Assembly: GCA_019635735.1 (NCBI GenBank)
Contig: JAHBYX010000004.1
Coordinates: 156,020-220,019, forward strand
DNA: 64,000 nucleotides
DNA from: Mesorhizobium sp.
GTDB taxonomy: Bacteria > Pseudomonadota > Alphaproteobacteria > Rhizobiales > Rhizobiaceae
Reading direction: 5' to 3'
Shown: positions 17,810 through 27,366 of the stretch, in pieces
How positions within the stretch are numbered: position 1 is the stretch's first letter
Layout of the letters: every line of letters begins with the position of its first letter
The notes under the pieces: model-generated
What the model was told of the DNA's origin: nothing
Databases searched by the model: none
The model's input: the letters and a program-made list of their open reading frames with translations, nothing else
Position numbers and translations under genes: made by a program

Positions 17810-20659
17810 ATGAGTTCTGAACCGCGCCTTGCGCTCTCCGAGCCTGTCTCGGACGAGGTGCGCAAGACGACCTGCTACATGTGTGCCTGCCGATGCGGCA
17901 TCGACGTCCACATCAAGGACGGCAAGATCCGCTACATCGAGGGAAACCGCGATCATCCGGTGAACAAGGGCGTGCTCTGCGCCAAGGGTTCGGCCGGCAT
18001 CATGCAGCACTATGCGCCGGCGCGGCTGTCTTCGCCGCTGCTGAGGACCGGTCCGCGCGGGTCGGGCGAGTTCAAGCCGATCTCCTGGGACGAGGCCCTG
18101 GCGCTCGCCGTCGACTGGTTGGGCGAGGTGAGGGCGCGTGACCCGAAGAAACTGGCCTTTTTCACCGGCCGCGACCAGTCGCAATCGCTCACCGGCTTCT
18201 TCGCCCAGCAGTTCGGCACGCCGAACTATGCGGCGCATGGCGGTTTCTGCTCGGTCAACATGGCGGCCGCCGGCATCATGACGCTCGGCGGCGGGTTCTG
18301 GGAGTTCGGCTCGCCGGACTGGGAGCGCACCAAGCTGTTCGTGATGTTCGGGGTCGCGGAAGATCACGATTCCAACCCGATCAAAATCGGCATCTCGAAG
18401 CTCAAGTCGCGCGGCGCGCGGTTAGTTTCGGTCAATCCCGTTCGCACCGGCTATTCGTCGATCGCGGACAGCTGGATCGGCATCCGCCCCGGCACCGACG
18501 GGCTGCTGGTACTCTCAGTGATCCACGAGCTTCTCAAGGCGCGGAAGATCGATGTCGATTTCCTCGTGCGCTACACCAACGCGCCGTGGCTGGTGATCGA
18601 CGCGCCCGGTACCGCCGAGCACGGGCTTTTCGCCCGCGACGGCGACGGCAAGCCGCTCATCTGGGAAAGCGTGACGGAGAGGGCGGTGGCGATCGGCACG
18701 AGGGGAGCGCGGGCCGCTCTGTCGGGCAGGTATCAGCTCGAGGACGGACGTTTGGCCGTGCCGTCGTTCCAGCTCCTGGCGGAAAAGTATCTCGACGATC
18801 GCTATGCGCCCGACACCGTCGCGTACGAGACCGGGATATCGGCGGACGTGATCCGCGGGCTCGCTGCGGAGATCGCGCGCGTCGCCTTCGAGGAGGCGAT
18901 CGAAATCGCCCAGCCGTGGACGGACATGAACGGCGAGCGGCAGGCGAGCTTCATCGGCCGGCCCGTCTCATTCCACGCCATGCGCGGCATCTCGGCGCAT
19001 TCAAACGGCTTCCAGACGGCGCGGGCGATCCACGTGCTGCAGGCGCTGATCGGCGCTGTCGATTGCCCCGGCGCTTTTCGGTTCGAACCGCCTTACCCCA
19101 AGCCCGTCGAGGCGCACCCGACACCGCACGGCAAGGCCGAACATTTCGGCTCCAACAAGCCTCTGTCGGGCCCGCATCTCGGCTTTCCGCGCGGGCCGGA
19201 GGACTTGCTGATCGGACCCGACGGCGTACCCAACCGGATCGACAAGGCATTCTCCTGGGACGCGCCGATCTCGGCCCACGGGCTGATGCACATGGTAATC
19301 GCCAATGCGCATGCGGGCGATCCGTACAAGATAGATCTGCTTTTCCTCTACATGGCCAACATGGCCTGGAACTCGTCGATGAATACGGCCGGCGTCATAA
19401 AGATGCTGGAGGACCGGGACGAGGCGACGGGGGAATACGTCATCCCGAAGATCATCTACAGCGATGCCTATGCGTCGGAGATGGTCGCCTATGCCGACCT
19501 GGTGCTGCCCGACACGACCTATATCGAACGCCACGACTGCATCTCCCTGCTCGACCGGCCGATCTCGGAGCCGGACGCGGTCAACGACGCGATCCGCTGG
19601 CCGGTGGTGGAACCGGACCGCGATGTGCGCGGCTTCCAGTCGGTGCTGATCGATCTCGCCGGCCGCCTCAGGCTGCCCGGCTTCGTCGACAGCCGCGGAA
19701 CACCGCTCTACAAGGATTTCGCCGACTACATCGTCCGGCACGAGCGACGGCCCGGCATCGGGCCCCTGGCCGGTTTTCGGGGTGTCGCCGGAGACCGAAC
19801 GGGGCGAGGGGCGTCGAATCCGGACCAGCTGAAGCGCTACATCGAGAACGGCGCATTCTTCTCAGCGCACATCCCTCTCGAGGCGCAGTTCTTCAAGCAC
19901 GCCAACCGCGCCTACCAGGACTTCGCGGTGAAGATGGGCTTCTTCGACACCCCGCAGCCGGTGACGTTCCAGCTCTACAGCGAGATCTGCCAGAAGTTCC
20001 GCCTGTCGGCGCAGGGCATGCGCGAACCGGTGGCGCCGCAGACGCATCGCGATCGGCTGGCGGCGGCGTTCGATCCGCTGCCGGACTGGTACCGGCCGCT
20101 GGAAGAGGCGGGCGTCGACCGCGACGCTTATCCGTATCACGCGCTCACGCAGCGGCCGATGTCGATGTATCATTCGTGGGGATCGATGAACGCCTGGCTG
20201 CGCCAGATCCACACGCGCAACGTCATGTATGTGCCCGGTGCGATCTGCGACGAGGTGGGGCTCGTCACCGGCGACTGGGCGTGGATCATCTCGCATCATG
20301 GACGGATCAAGGTGGAGATCGCGCGATCGGACGCGGTGAACCGCGACACGATGTGGACCTGGAACGCCATCGGCAAGCGCAAGGGTGCCTGGGGATTGGC
20401 GAGCGACGCACCCGAGAGCAATCGCGGCTTCCTGCTCAATCATCTGATCCATGAACTTCTGCCGCCCAAGGGCGACGGCATGCGCTGGTCGAATTCCGAT
20501 CCGGTGACGGGGCAGGCGGCTTGGTACGACCTTCGCGTCAGGATCGAGAAGGCAGATCCCGACGATGTGTCGCGGCCCGCCTTCGTGGCCGTCGGGACGG
20601 CAGGCTCGACGCATTCGTCGCCTGCCGCGTTGCGCTATGGGCAGGAGTGGAACGAATGA
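17810..20659 (+). CDS. molybdopterin oxidoreductase catalytic subunit without Tat leader; SoeA-like (cytoplasmic sulfite dehydrogenase) candidate
   Basis: N-terminal TTCYMCACRCG...LCAKG Fe-S cysteine cluster. No RRxFLK motif. 949 aa. ATGA overlap with the Fe-S subunit gene. Confidence 0.75.
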   Translation: MSSEPRLALSEPVSDEVRKTTCYMCACRCGIDVHIKDGKIRYIEGNRDHPVNKGVLCAKGSAGIMQHYAPARLSSPLLRTGPRGSGEFKPISWDEALALAVDWLGEVRARDPKKLAFFTGRDQSQSLTGFFAQQFGTPNYAAHGGFCSVNMAAAGIMTLGGGFWEFGSPDWERTKLFVMFGVAEDHDSNPIKIGISKLKSRGARLVSVNPVRTGYSSIADSWIGIRPGTDGLLVLSVIHELLKARKIDVDFLVRYTNAPWLVIDAPGTAEHGLFARDGDGKPLIWESVTERAVAIGTRGARAALSGRYQLEDGRLAVPSFQLLAEKYLDDRYAPDTVAYETGISADVIRGLAAEIARVAFEEAIEIAQPWTDMNGERQASFIGRPVSFHAMRGISAHSNGFQTARAIHVLQALIGAVDCPGAFRFEPPYPKPVEAHPTPHGKAEHFGSNKPLSGPHLGFPRGPEDLLIGPDGVPNRIDKAFSWDAPISAHGLMHMVIANAHAGDPYKIDLLFLYMANMAWNSSMNTAGVIKMLEDRDEATGEYVIPKIIYSDAYASEMVAYADLVLPDTTYIERHDCISLLDRPISEPDAVNDAIRWPVVEPDRDVRGFQSVLIDLAGRLRLPGFVDSRGTPLYKDFADYIVRHERRPGIGPLAGFRGVAGDRTGRGASNPDQLKRYIENGAFFSAHIPLEAQFFKHANRAYQDFAVKMGFFDTPQPVTFQLYSEICQKFRLSAQGMREPVAPQTHRDRLAAAFDPLPDWYRPLEEAGVDRDAYPYHALTQRPMSMYHSWGSMNAWLRQIHTRNVMYVPGAICDEVGLVTGDWAWIISHHGRIKVEIARSDAVNRDTMWTWNAIGKRKGAWGLASDAPESNRGFLLNHLIHELLPPKGDGMRWSNSDPVTGQAAWYDLRVRIEKADPDDVSRPAFVAVGTAGSTHSSPAALRYGQEWNE

Positions 20660-21414
20660 CCATGCTTCCCTCGCTGCCGACGCCGAAGAAGCTCGGGCTG
20701 GTGATCGACCTCGACGTCTGCGTCGGCTGTCATGCCTGCGTGATTTCCTGCAAGGAGTGGAACACCGGCGGCTATGGCGCGGCGCTGTCTGACCAGGATC
20801 CATACGGATCAGACGTTTCCGGCACATTCCTCAACCGCATCCACACGTTCGAGGTGACGCCGGATGGAGGAGAGGTCGTCGGCGAGGCCGGCGATGCGCG
20901 GATCGTCCATTTCCCGAAGAGCTGTCTGCACTGCGAGGACGCGCCCTGTGTGACGGTCTGCCCGACCGGCGCATCCTACAAGCGCTCCTCCGACGGAATC
21001 GTGCTGGTCGACGAGGACAAGTGCATCGGCTGCGGGCTGTGCGCCTGGGCCTGTCCGTACGGCGCGCGCGAGATGGACCTCGCTGCCGGCGTAATGAAGA
21101 AGTGCACGCTCTGCGTCGACCGCATCTACAACGAGACGCTTGCCGAGATCGACCGGGTGCCGTCCTGCGTCCGTACATGCCCGGCGAATGCGCGGCACTA
21201 TGGCGACTTCGCCGACCCGGCTTCCAACGTCTCGATCATGGTCGCCGAGCGCGGCGGCATCGCCCTGATGCCGGAACAGGGCACGCGGCCGGTCAACAAA
21301 TACCTGCCTCCGCGCCCGCGAAAGCCGCTCGCCAGCACGCTGCCGCTCGCCGAAAACACGGACGGGGCCAAGGGCTTCTTCGCCTGGCTCGACGGCATGC
21401 TGGACCGTATCTGA
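20656..21414 (+). CDS. 4Fe-4S dicluster electron-transfer subunit (DmsB family; SoeB-like)
   Basis: CVGCHACVISC, CLHCEDAPCVTVCP, CIGCGLCAWACP and CTLC...C..CP cysteine groups. Start is MTMLPSLP at 20656. Confidence 0.8.
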   Translation: MTMLPSLPTPKKLGLVIDLDVCVGCHACVISCKEWNTGGYGAALSDQDPYGSDVSGTFLNRIHTFEVTPDGGEVVGEAGDARIVHFPKSCLHCEDAPCVTVCPTGASYKRSSDGIVLVDEDKCIGCGLCAWACPYGAREMDLAAGVMKKCTLCVDRIYNETLAEIDRVPSCVRTCPANARHYGDFADPASNVSIMVAERGGIALMPEQGTRPVNKYLPPRPRKPLASTLPLAENTDGAKGFFAWLDGMLDRI

Positions 21415-21418
21415 GATC

Positions 21419-22345
21419 ATGCACCCGGCTCCGTCGATCATCCTCTTCACCACGCTGTCCGGCCTCGGCTACGGGCTCGCAGCCGTGCTCGGGTTCGGGC
21501 TGCTCGACCCATCTGCGACCGCGACGAAACTCGCACATGTCCTGGCGCTCGCGCTGATCGCCGGCGGGCTGATCTCGTCCACTCTGCATCTCGGCAATCC
21601 GCAGCGCGCCTGGCGGGCATTTTCGCAATGGCGGTCGAGCTGGCTGTCGCGGGAAGGGGTTATGGCGGTCCTGACCTTCGTCCCGCTCGGCATCAACGCG
21701 ATCGCCTCCGTCTGGAGTGGGCGCTACCTGCCGTTGCCGGGCATGCTCGGAGCGGTCTTCTGCGGCGTTACCGTGTTCTGTACCGCGATGATTTACGCTT
21801 CGCTCAAGTCGGTCCATGCCTGGAACACGGAGTGGACGCCGGTGTCCTATCTCCTTTTCGCGCTTGCCGGTGGACTCGTGCTCGCCAGCTTCTTCTCGGC
21901 GCTGGGCGGCAATGCGCATCCGATGCTGCCTTTCCTCGCTGTCATCGCGATCGGCGCGGCCTGGCTGTCGAAGGCCTACTGGTGGGCCCGCCTGGGGGCG
22001 ACCGCGGCGCTTTCGACGTCCGAATCGGCGACGGGTCTCGGCTTTATCGGCAAGGTGCGACTGTTCGAGCCGCCGCATATGAACGGCAACTACCTCACCC
22101 GCGAGATGGGCTTTCGCGTCGCGCGCAAGCACGCGGCGAGGCTGAGGCAAATCGCGGTCATAAGCGGCGGCGTTCTTCCCGCCCTGCTGCTGGCTGTGGC
22201 CGCGCTGTCTGGCGGCCCGTCCGCGGCGCTAGCAGTCGCGATGTCCGGCGTCGCGGCGTTGCTCGTGTTCGGCGGCACGCTGGTGGAACGTTGGCTGTTT
22301 TTCGCCGAAGCGCGGCACGCGGTCATGAATTACTACGGCAGCTGA
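21419..22345 (+). CDS. molybdoenzyme membrane anchor subunit (DmsC/NrfD-like; SoeC-like)
   Basis: 308-aa polytopic hydrophobic protein starting 4 nt after the Fe-S subunit stop. Confidence 0.7.
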   Translation: MHPAPSIILFTTLSGLGYGLAAVLGFGLLDPSATATKLAHVLALALIAGGLISSTLHLGNPQRAWRAFSQWRSSWLSREGVMAVLTFVPLGINAIASVWSGRYLPLPGMLGAVFCGVTVFCTAMIYASLKSVHAWNTEWTPVSYLLFALAGGLVLASFFSALGGNAHPMLPFLAVIAIGAAWLSKAYWWARLGATAALSTSESATGLGFIGKVRLFEPPHMNGNYLTREMGFRVARKHAARLRQIAVISGGVLPALLLAVAALSGGPSAALAVAMSGVAALLVFGGTLVERWLFFAEARHAVMNYYGS

Positions 22346-23319
22346 TCGTCGTCCTCGACCTTGGCGGCCGAGGTACGGGGCGCCCGGACTTCCCACCTGC
22401 GGTGAAACCACATCCACTGGCCGGGGTATTCCCGCACCCAGCCTTCGACGATATCGTTCATCATCTGGCAGAGCTTGTCGGCGTCGATCTTGCCGTCTCC
22501 GTCGCGTGGCGGATCGAGTTTCTCGAAGAGTTCCAGCCTGTAGCGGTTGTTCGGCAGCCGGATGGAACGGACCGGATAGATGTCCGCCTCGTACTGGCGC
22601 GCCAGCCGCGGCAGGAGAGGGCTCGTCTCGCAGCGCCGGCCGAAGAAGGTGGTCGGCACCCCGCGGCTGAATTTCTGATCGATGAGGGCGCCGATATTGC
22701 CGTTGTTGCTCAGGATGCGCGCAAGCACGTAGGCGGCGCCGGCGCGCGACGGCACCATGCGTGAGCCCGAAATCTTCCGCTTCGTGCTGACCTGCTCGGC
22801 GACGTAGGGGTTGTTGGGCGCCCGGAACAGCGAAGCGACCGGCATTCCGAAGGACGACGCCGCGATCGGGAACATCTCGAAATTGCCGGTATGCGCCGTG
22901 AAGAACACCCGCGGACGCTCGAGCTTGTGCATGCCGAGGAAGATGTCGCGCCCCTTCACCTCGACCCTTCCGGGCGTATCCGACTCGAAGTCATAGTCGA
23001 ACAGCTGGTCGAGGAAGACATACTCGACCGCAAGCCGGGCCATGTTGCCCCACATGTCGGACGCGATCTCCCGGCATTCGGCTTCGCTCTTTTCGGGATA
23101 GGCCTTGCGAAGATTGTCCATCGCGATGCGATCTCGGCCGGTCCACGGCCCGATACGGCGCCCGATCCGATCCGAAATGTCGAGCGCCTTGTCGACCGGC
23201 AGCTTCTGCAACACGGTGAAGATCGCCACCACGACCTTGGCGACCAGCCAGTGATTGGCCTGGCGTGCGCGGAAGGCAACCGATCTGGCGATACGGCGCG
23301 AATGCGCAGCGAGGTTCAT
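22333..23319 (-). CDS. lpxXL: lipid A biosynthesis acyltransferase (LpxL/HtrB family), very-long-chain fatty acid transferase
   Basis: Lauroyl acyltransferase family sequence (FFTAHTGNFEM) at the 3' end of the acpXL cluster. The gene order matches the R. leguminosarum/S. meliloti VLCFA locus. Confidence 0.75.
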   Translation of the reverse strand: MNLAAHSRRIARSVAFRARQANHWLVAKVVVAIFTVLQKLPVDKALDISDRIGRRIGPWTGRDRIAMDNLRKAYPEKSEAECREIASDMWGNMARLAVEYVFLDQLFDYDFESDTPGRVEVKGRDIFLGMHKLERPRVFFTAHTGNFEMFPIAASSFGMPVASLFRAPNNPYVAEQVSTKRKISGSRMVPSRAGAAYVLARILSNNGNIGALIDQKFSRGVPTTFFGRRCETSPLLPRLARQYEADIYPVRSIRLPNNRYRLELFEKLDPPRDGDGKIDADKLCQMMNDIVEGWVREYPGQWMWFHRRWEVRAPRTSAAKVEDDDQLP

Positions 23320-23322
23320 TTC

Positions 23323-24351
23323 CTAGGCGATCCGCAGCAGGATCTTGCCGAACACGTCGCGGCTCTCCATGCGCGCGAGCGCCTCGCCGATCCGGTCGAA
23401 GTCCGTTTCGGAATCGATTACTGGGTGTACCCTGCCCGTCGCCAGCTTGGCCATAACGGTCGCCATATTGTCGATACGGCAGCCGAACGAGCCGATGATG
23501 CGCAGCTGCTGCTGGAACAGCTGCATCAGATTCATCGTCGTCGACACCCCGGACGTCGAGCCGCAGGTGACGAGGCGGCCGCCGCGTTTCATCGAGAACA
23601 TCGACCCGGCCCAGGTGTCGGCGCCGACATGTTCGAAGACGACGTCGACGCCCTTCTTACCGGTCAGCTTGCGAACGACGCCCTCGAACCGATCGGTGCG
23701 GTAGTTGATGACGTGGTCGGCGCCGAGCGCTTTCGCGCGCTCCATCTTGGCGTCCGAGCCCACGGTGGTAATGACGGTTGCGCCGGCGAGTTTTGCCAGC
23801 TGGATCGCCGCCGAGCCGATGCCGGACCCTCCGGCGTGAACCAGCACCGTCTCGCCGGCCTCAAGTTTCGCATTGTCGAAGAGCATATGCTCGACGGTGC
23901 CGAAGGTGATCGGCGTCACCGCGGCAGCCGTGGCGTCCACGCCGTCGGGCGCGGGCACGAGCTGGCGGACGGGGATGTTCATCAGTTCCTGGGCGAAGCC
24001 GTCGAGGTGGAAGCCGTGTACGCCTTCTACATTCTCGCAGAGATTGTCGCGCTTCTCGCGGCAGGCCTTGCAGCGGCCGCAGGTCCGCGCGCCGTAGATG
24101 GCGACCAGTTGACCCGGCTGGAACCCCGTCACGCCTTCGCCGATCGACTCGATCACGCCGCAGGCTTCTGCCCCGACCACCAGCGGCATTTTGCGCTTGG
24201 CAAAGGCCATGCCCCGCCAGCCCCAGACGTCGATATGGTTCAGTGCGACCGCGCTGATCGCGACCGTCGCCTCGCCCAGACCAGGTGGCGGAGGCGGCGG
24301 GATTTCGACCGCCTCGATACGGCGGTCTGCGACGAGCTGCAATGCGCGCAT
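23323..24351 (-). CDS. adhA2XL: zinc-binding alcohol dehydrogenase family protein
   Basis: MDR family motifs (GAEACGVIESIG, HAGGSGIGSAAIQLAK). Positioned between fabF1XL and lpxXL. Confidence 0.65.
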   Translation of the reverse strand: MRALQLVADRRIEAVEIPPPPPPGLGEATVAISAVALNHIDVWGWRGMAFAKRKMPLVVGAEACGVIESIGEGVTGFQPGQLVAIYGARTCGRCKACREKRDNLCENVEGVHGFHLDGFAQELMNIPVRQLVPAPDGVDATAAAVTPITFGTVEHMLFDNAKLEAGETVLVHAGGSGIGSAAIQLAKLAGATVITTVGSDAKMERAKALGADHVINYRTDRFEGVVRKLTGKKGVDVVFEHVGADTWAGSMFSMKRGGRLVTCGSTSGVSTTMNLMQLFQQQLRIIGSFGCRIDNMATVMAKLATGRVHPVIDSETDFDRIGEALARMESRDVFGKILLRIA

Positions 24352-24398
24352 GGTGTCGTGCGGTTCCTGCGGGCGGGTTATGGACTTGACCGCGCCGC

Positions 24399-25667
24399 TT
24401 AGACGGGTTCGCGCGCCATGACAAGGCAGGCGTTCTGGCCGCCGAAGCCGAAGGAGTTCGACAGGACGGACTTTACGTCCGCCTCGCGCTTGACGTTCGG
24501 CACGACGTCGAGATCGATTGCCGGGTCCGGCTGGTCGTAGTTGATCGTCGGAGGGATGACGCCTTCCCGCATCGTCATCAGCGAAAACACCGCCTCCACC
24601 GCGCCCGCCGCCGAAAGCGTATGGCCGATCATCGACTTGTTCGACGAGACGGGAACCGACTTGATGCGCGGGCCGAAGACGGTCGAAAGCGACAGGTGCT
24701 CCATCTTGTCGTTCTCGGGCGTCGACGTGCCGTGCGCGTTGACGTAGTCGATCTCGTCTTCGGACATGCCGGCATCCGCGAGCGCCAGCTTGACCGCTGC
24801 GATCGCGGGCGATCCATCGGGCTTCGACCGCGTGCGGTGGAAATCGTCCGCCTTCTCGCCGCAGCCGCGCATGATGCCCAGAACTTCGGCGCCGCGTGCC
24901 ACGGCGCTCTCAAGGGATTCGAGCACGAGTGCGGCGCCGCCTTCGGCAAGCACGAAACCGTCGCGATCGCGCGAGAAGGGCTTCGACGCGCGTTCGGGCC
25001 TGTCGTTCTGCATCGACAGGGCCGAGAGAAGCGAGAAGCGGATCATCGATTCGGCGCTTGCCGAGCCGTCGGCCCCGATCGCGAGCGCCCGCTGGGATTC
25101 GCCGCGCCTGATGGCCTCGACCCCGAGCTGGATCGCGGTCGCGCCGGACGCGCAGGCGGTCGAGGTCGTGATCGGCAGACCGCGCGTGCCGAACAGTACG
25201 GCCAGCCGGTCGGCGACCGTGCCGAACTGGGTCTCTTCGAAGATCGCCTTGCCGTGCCCCGAGCGAGCGGCCTCGAAGAGGCGCTGGTAACCGGCACCCT
25301 TGCTGGAACTGCGATACATGGCGAGCCGGTCGGCCCATGACAGCTCGATCGGCGGGGAGGCGAGGAAGAGGGGGCCCGAGAAATCCGAGCCGATTTCTGC
25401 CTGGGCGACCGCCTCCTGGCCGGCGGTGGCGGCAAGTTCGTATGTCAGCGCGGACATGCCTTCGCCGGATCCCGGCAGAAAGTCGACCGTGCCGGCGATG
25501 GTCGTCTTCAGATGATCGACGGGGAACCGGGTGACCGCGTGGATTCCGGACTTCCCCGACGTCAGCGCCGCCCAGTTCTCCGTTTTGCCGGCCCCGAGCG
25601 AGGTGACGACGCCCATGCCCGTGACGGCAACGACCGGTCGGCCGAGGTGATCCTTGAAGCTCGCCAT
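24399..25667 (-). CDS. fabF1XL: beta-ketoacyl-ACP synthase II
   Basis: KAS II sequence (TSTACASGATAI, NAHGTSTPENDK, NSFGFGGQNA) within the acpXL cluster. Confidence 0.75.
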   Translation of the reverse strand: MASFKDHLGRPVVAVTGMGVVTSLGAGKTENWAALTSGKSGIHAVTRFPVDHLKTTIAGTVDFLPGSGEGMSALTYELAATAGQEAVAQAEIGSDFSGPLFLASPPIELSWADRLAMYRSSSKGAGYQRLFEAARSGHGKAIFEETQFGTVADRLAVLFGTRGLPITTSTACASGATAIQLGVEAIRRGESQRALAIGADGSASAESMIRFSLLSALSMQNDRPERASKPFSRDRDGFVLAEGGAALVLESLESAVARGAEVLGIMRGCGEKADDFHRTRSKPDGSPAIAAVKLALADAGMSEDEIDYVNAHGTSTPENDKMEHLSLSTVFGPRIKSVPVSSNKSMIGHTLSAAGAVEAVFSLMTMREGVIPPTINYDQPDPAIDLDVVPNVKREADVKSVLSNSFGFGGQNACLVMAREPV

Positions 25668-25673
25668 GGTGCG

Positions 25674-26843
25674 TCAGGCCTTTCGAACGAGCGCGGCGCC
25701 TTCGCCGCGGTGGTGCCCGACCGCCGTCGTCAGCACGCGTTCAGGCGCGGCGGAGTAGGGCATTTCGATGTCCGCGAGAACCGCGGGCGCTTCGCCGGAG
25801 GATATCGCCATCGCAGCGAGCGCCACCGCGAACGGAAGCTGTGCCTCCTTCAGATGTCCCGTCAGGCCCGAGAAGCCTCGAAGCGAGAAACCTCCGAGCG
25901 CCTCGCGTTCCGTTCCGGTCGCCCTATGCGCACCGGACGCACCGGAAATCAGCAGTTCGCCGGGTTCTGCTCCGAGCGTTGCGACCATTGCAGCGATATC
26001 GCGTGCGAACGTCGCTTCGGATCGCGGGGACAAACCTGAAACCACCTTGTCGACGACGGCATAGATCCGCCCGCCGCGCGCTTCGGCATGTTCGCGCGTC
26101 TCGAGCACCAGGAAGGCGCCGCCGGAACCCGTGATGATACCCCCGCCGTCGCCACTGCGCGTCCACAACGGTTGCCAGGCGCCGTGGTGCAGATAGCCCG
26201 CCAGTTCATATCCCAAAAGCATGTCGGGATGTTCCGTCTGGAATGCGCCGCCCACCAGAATGTGGGTCGACTGGCCGGACGCCAGGCGTGCGACGGCGGT
26301 CTGCAGCGCCGAGACGCCAGCGCCTTCCTCTCCCATGAAGGTGCGGGAGGATCCTGTGATCTTGTGAACGATCGAGATGTTGCCGGCCATCAGGTTCGAC
26401 AGCTGGGCAAGGAATAGGGTCGGGCGAAGGTCGTTCGTCAGTTTCTCGTTGAGAAGGACGCCGTTGTCATTACGCGCAAGCGACGCTTCGAGAATGTTCT
26501 CGTCGACCTCTTCGTCGCGCTCGCCGCCGCCCGCGGCGACGATCATGTCCATGGTGGCGCAAAGCGCCTCGTCGGCCTTCAGCCCTGCATCGTCGAGAGC
26601 GAGACCGGCGGTATAGACGCCAAGGCGCTGCCAGGTCTCCATCTGACGCTGATCACCCTTTTTCGGGATCTGTTGCGACCAGTCGATCTCGGGAAGAGGG
26701 TGTATTGTGTAGGGCGCGAATCGCTCGCTGTCGGTCGGTGGAGGCAAGGAAGGCGTCTTGAACGCCTTCCAATGCAGCTCGGCACCTTCGCCGAGGCAGG
26801 AGACAAGGCCGATACCGGTGATGACGACGTCGCGTGGGCTCAT
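25674..26843 (-). CDS. fabF2XL: beta-ketoacyl-ACP synthase-like protein (divergent KAS partner)
   Basis: Thiolase-fold KAS-like sequence starting MSPRDVVITGIGLVSCLGEG, immediately downstream of acpXL. Confidence 0.7.
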   Translation of the reverse strand: MSPRDVVITGIGLVSCLGEGAELHWKAFKTPSLPPPTDSERFAPYTIHPLPEIDWSQQIPKKGDQRQMETWQRLGVYTAGLALDDAGLKADEALCATMDMIVAAGGGERDEEVDENILEASLARNDNGVLLNEKLTNDLRPTLFLAQLSNLMAGNISIVHKITGSSRTFMGEEGAGVSALQTAVARLASGQSTHILVGGAFQTEHPDMLLGYELAGYLHHGAWQPLWTRSGDGGGIITGSGGAFLVLETREHAEARGGRIYAVVDKVVSGLSPRSEATFARDIAAMVATLGAEPGELLISGASGAHRATGTEREALGGFSLRGFSGLTGHLKEAQLPFAVALAAMAISSGEAPAVLADIEMPYSAAPERVLTTAVGHHRGEGAALVRKA

Positions 26844-26891
26844 TGTCCGCTCATGTGCGGCAACGCGCCCGCATCGTCAAGCTTGGTGACG

Positions 26892-27176
26892 TCAGGCCGC
26901 CTTCTTGGCGGCCACGAGCGCGTCGATCTTCGCACAAAGGTTCTTCAGAACGAAGTATTCCTCTGTCGAGACGCGGCCATCATTGACATCCTGCGTCCAC
27001 TTTTCGAGCGGAATCTTGATTCCGAACTCCTTGTCGATCGCAAAGACCGTGTCGAGGAAGTCGAGGCTGTCGATGCCGAGGTCGTCGATCGTGTGGCTCT
27101 CGGGGGTGATCTTGTCCCGATCGATCTCGGTCGTCTCCGCGATCAGATCGGCAACCTTTTCGAATGTCGTCGTCAA
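26892..27176 (-). CDS. acpXL: acyl carrier protein AcpXL
   Basis: (M)[61 protein letters not shown] carries the DSLD phosphopantetheine site. TTG start at 27176 with AAGAGG upstream. Confidence 0.85.
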   Translation of the reverse strand: MTTTFEKVADLIAETTEIDRDKITPESHTIDDLGIDSLDFLDTVFAIDKEFGIKIPLEKWTQDVNDGRVSTEEYFVLKNLCAKIDALVAAKKAA

Positions 27177-27366
27177 ACTATACCTCTTGGAGTCGGTCGC
27201 AGGCGGATGGAGATCAGCGTCTAGTCGTTTTCGGCCCAAAGGAAAAGGGCGAATTCGCAGGGTCTTCCGGCAGAAGGGTGACTTTCCGGGGCAGAAAGAC
27301 ATCCCGCAGCGTAGGGCTTATCGGCTCGGCTATTTGGCAAAGACATGACGCTGGGATCACGCCGGT

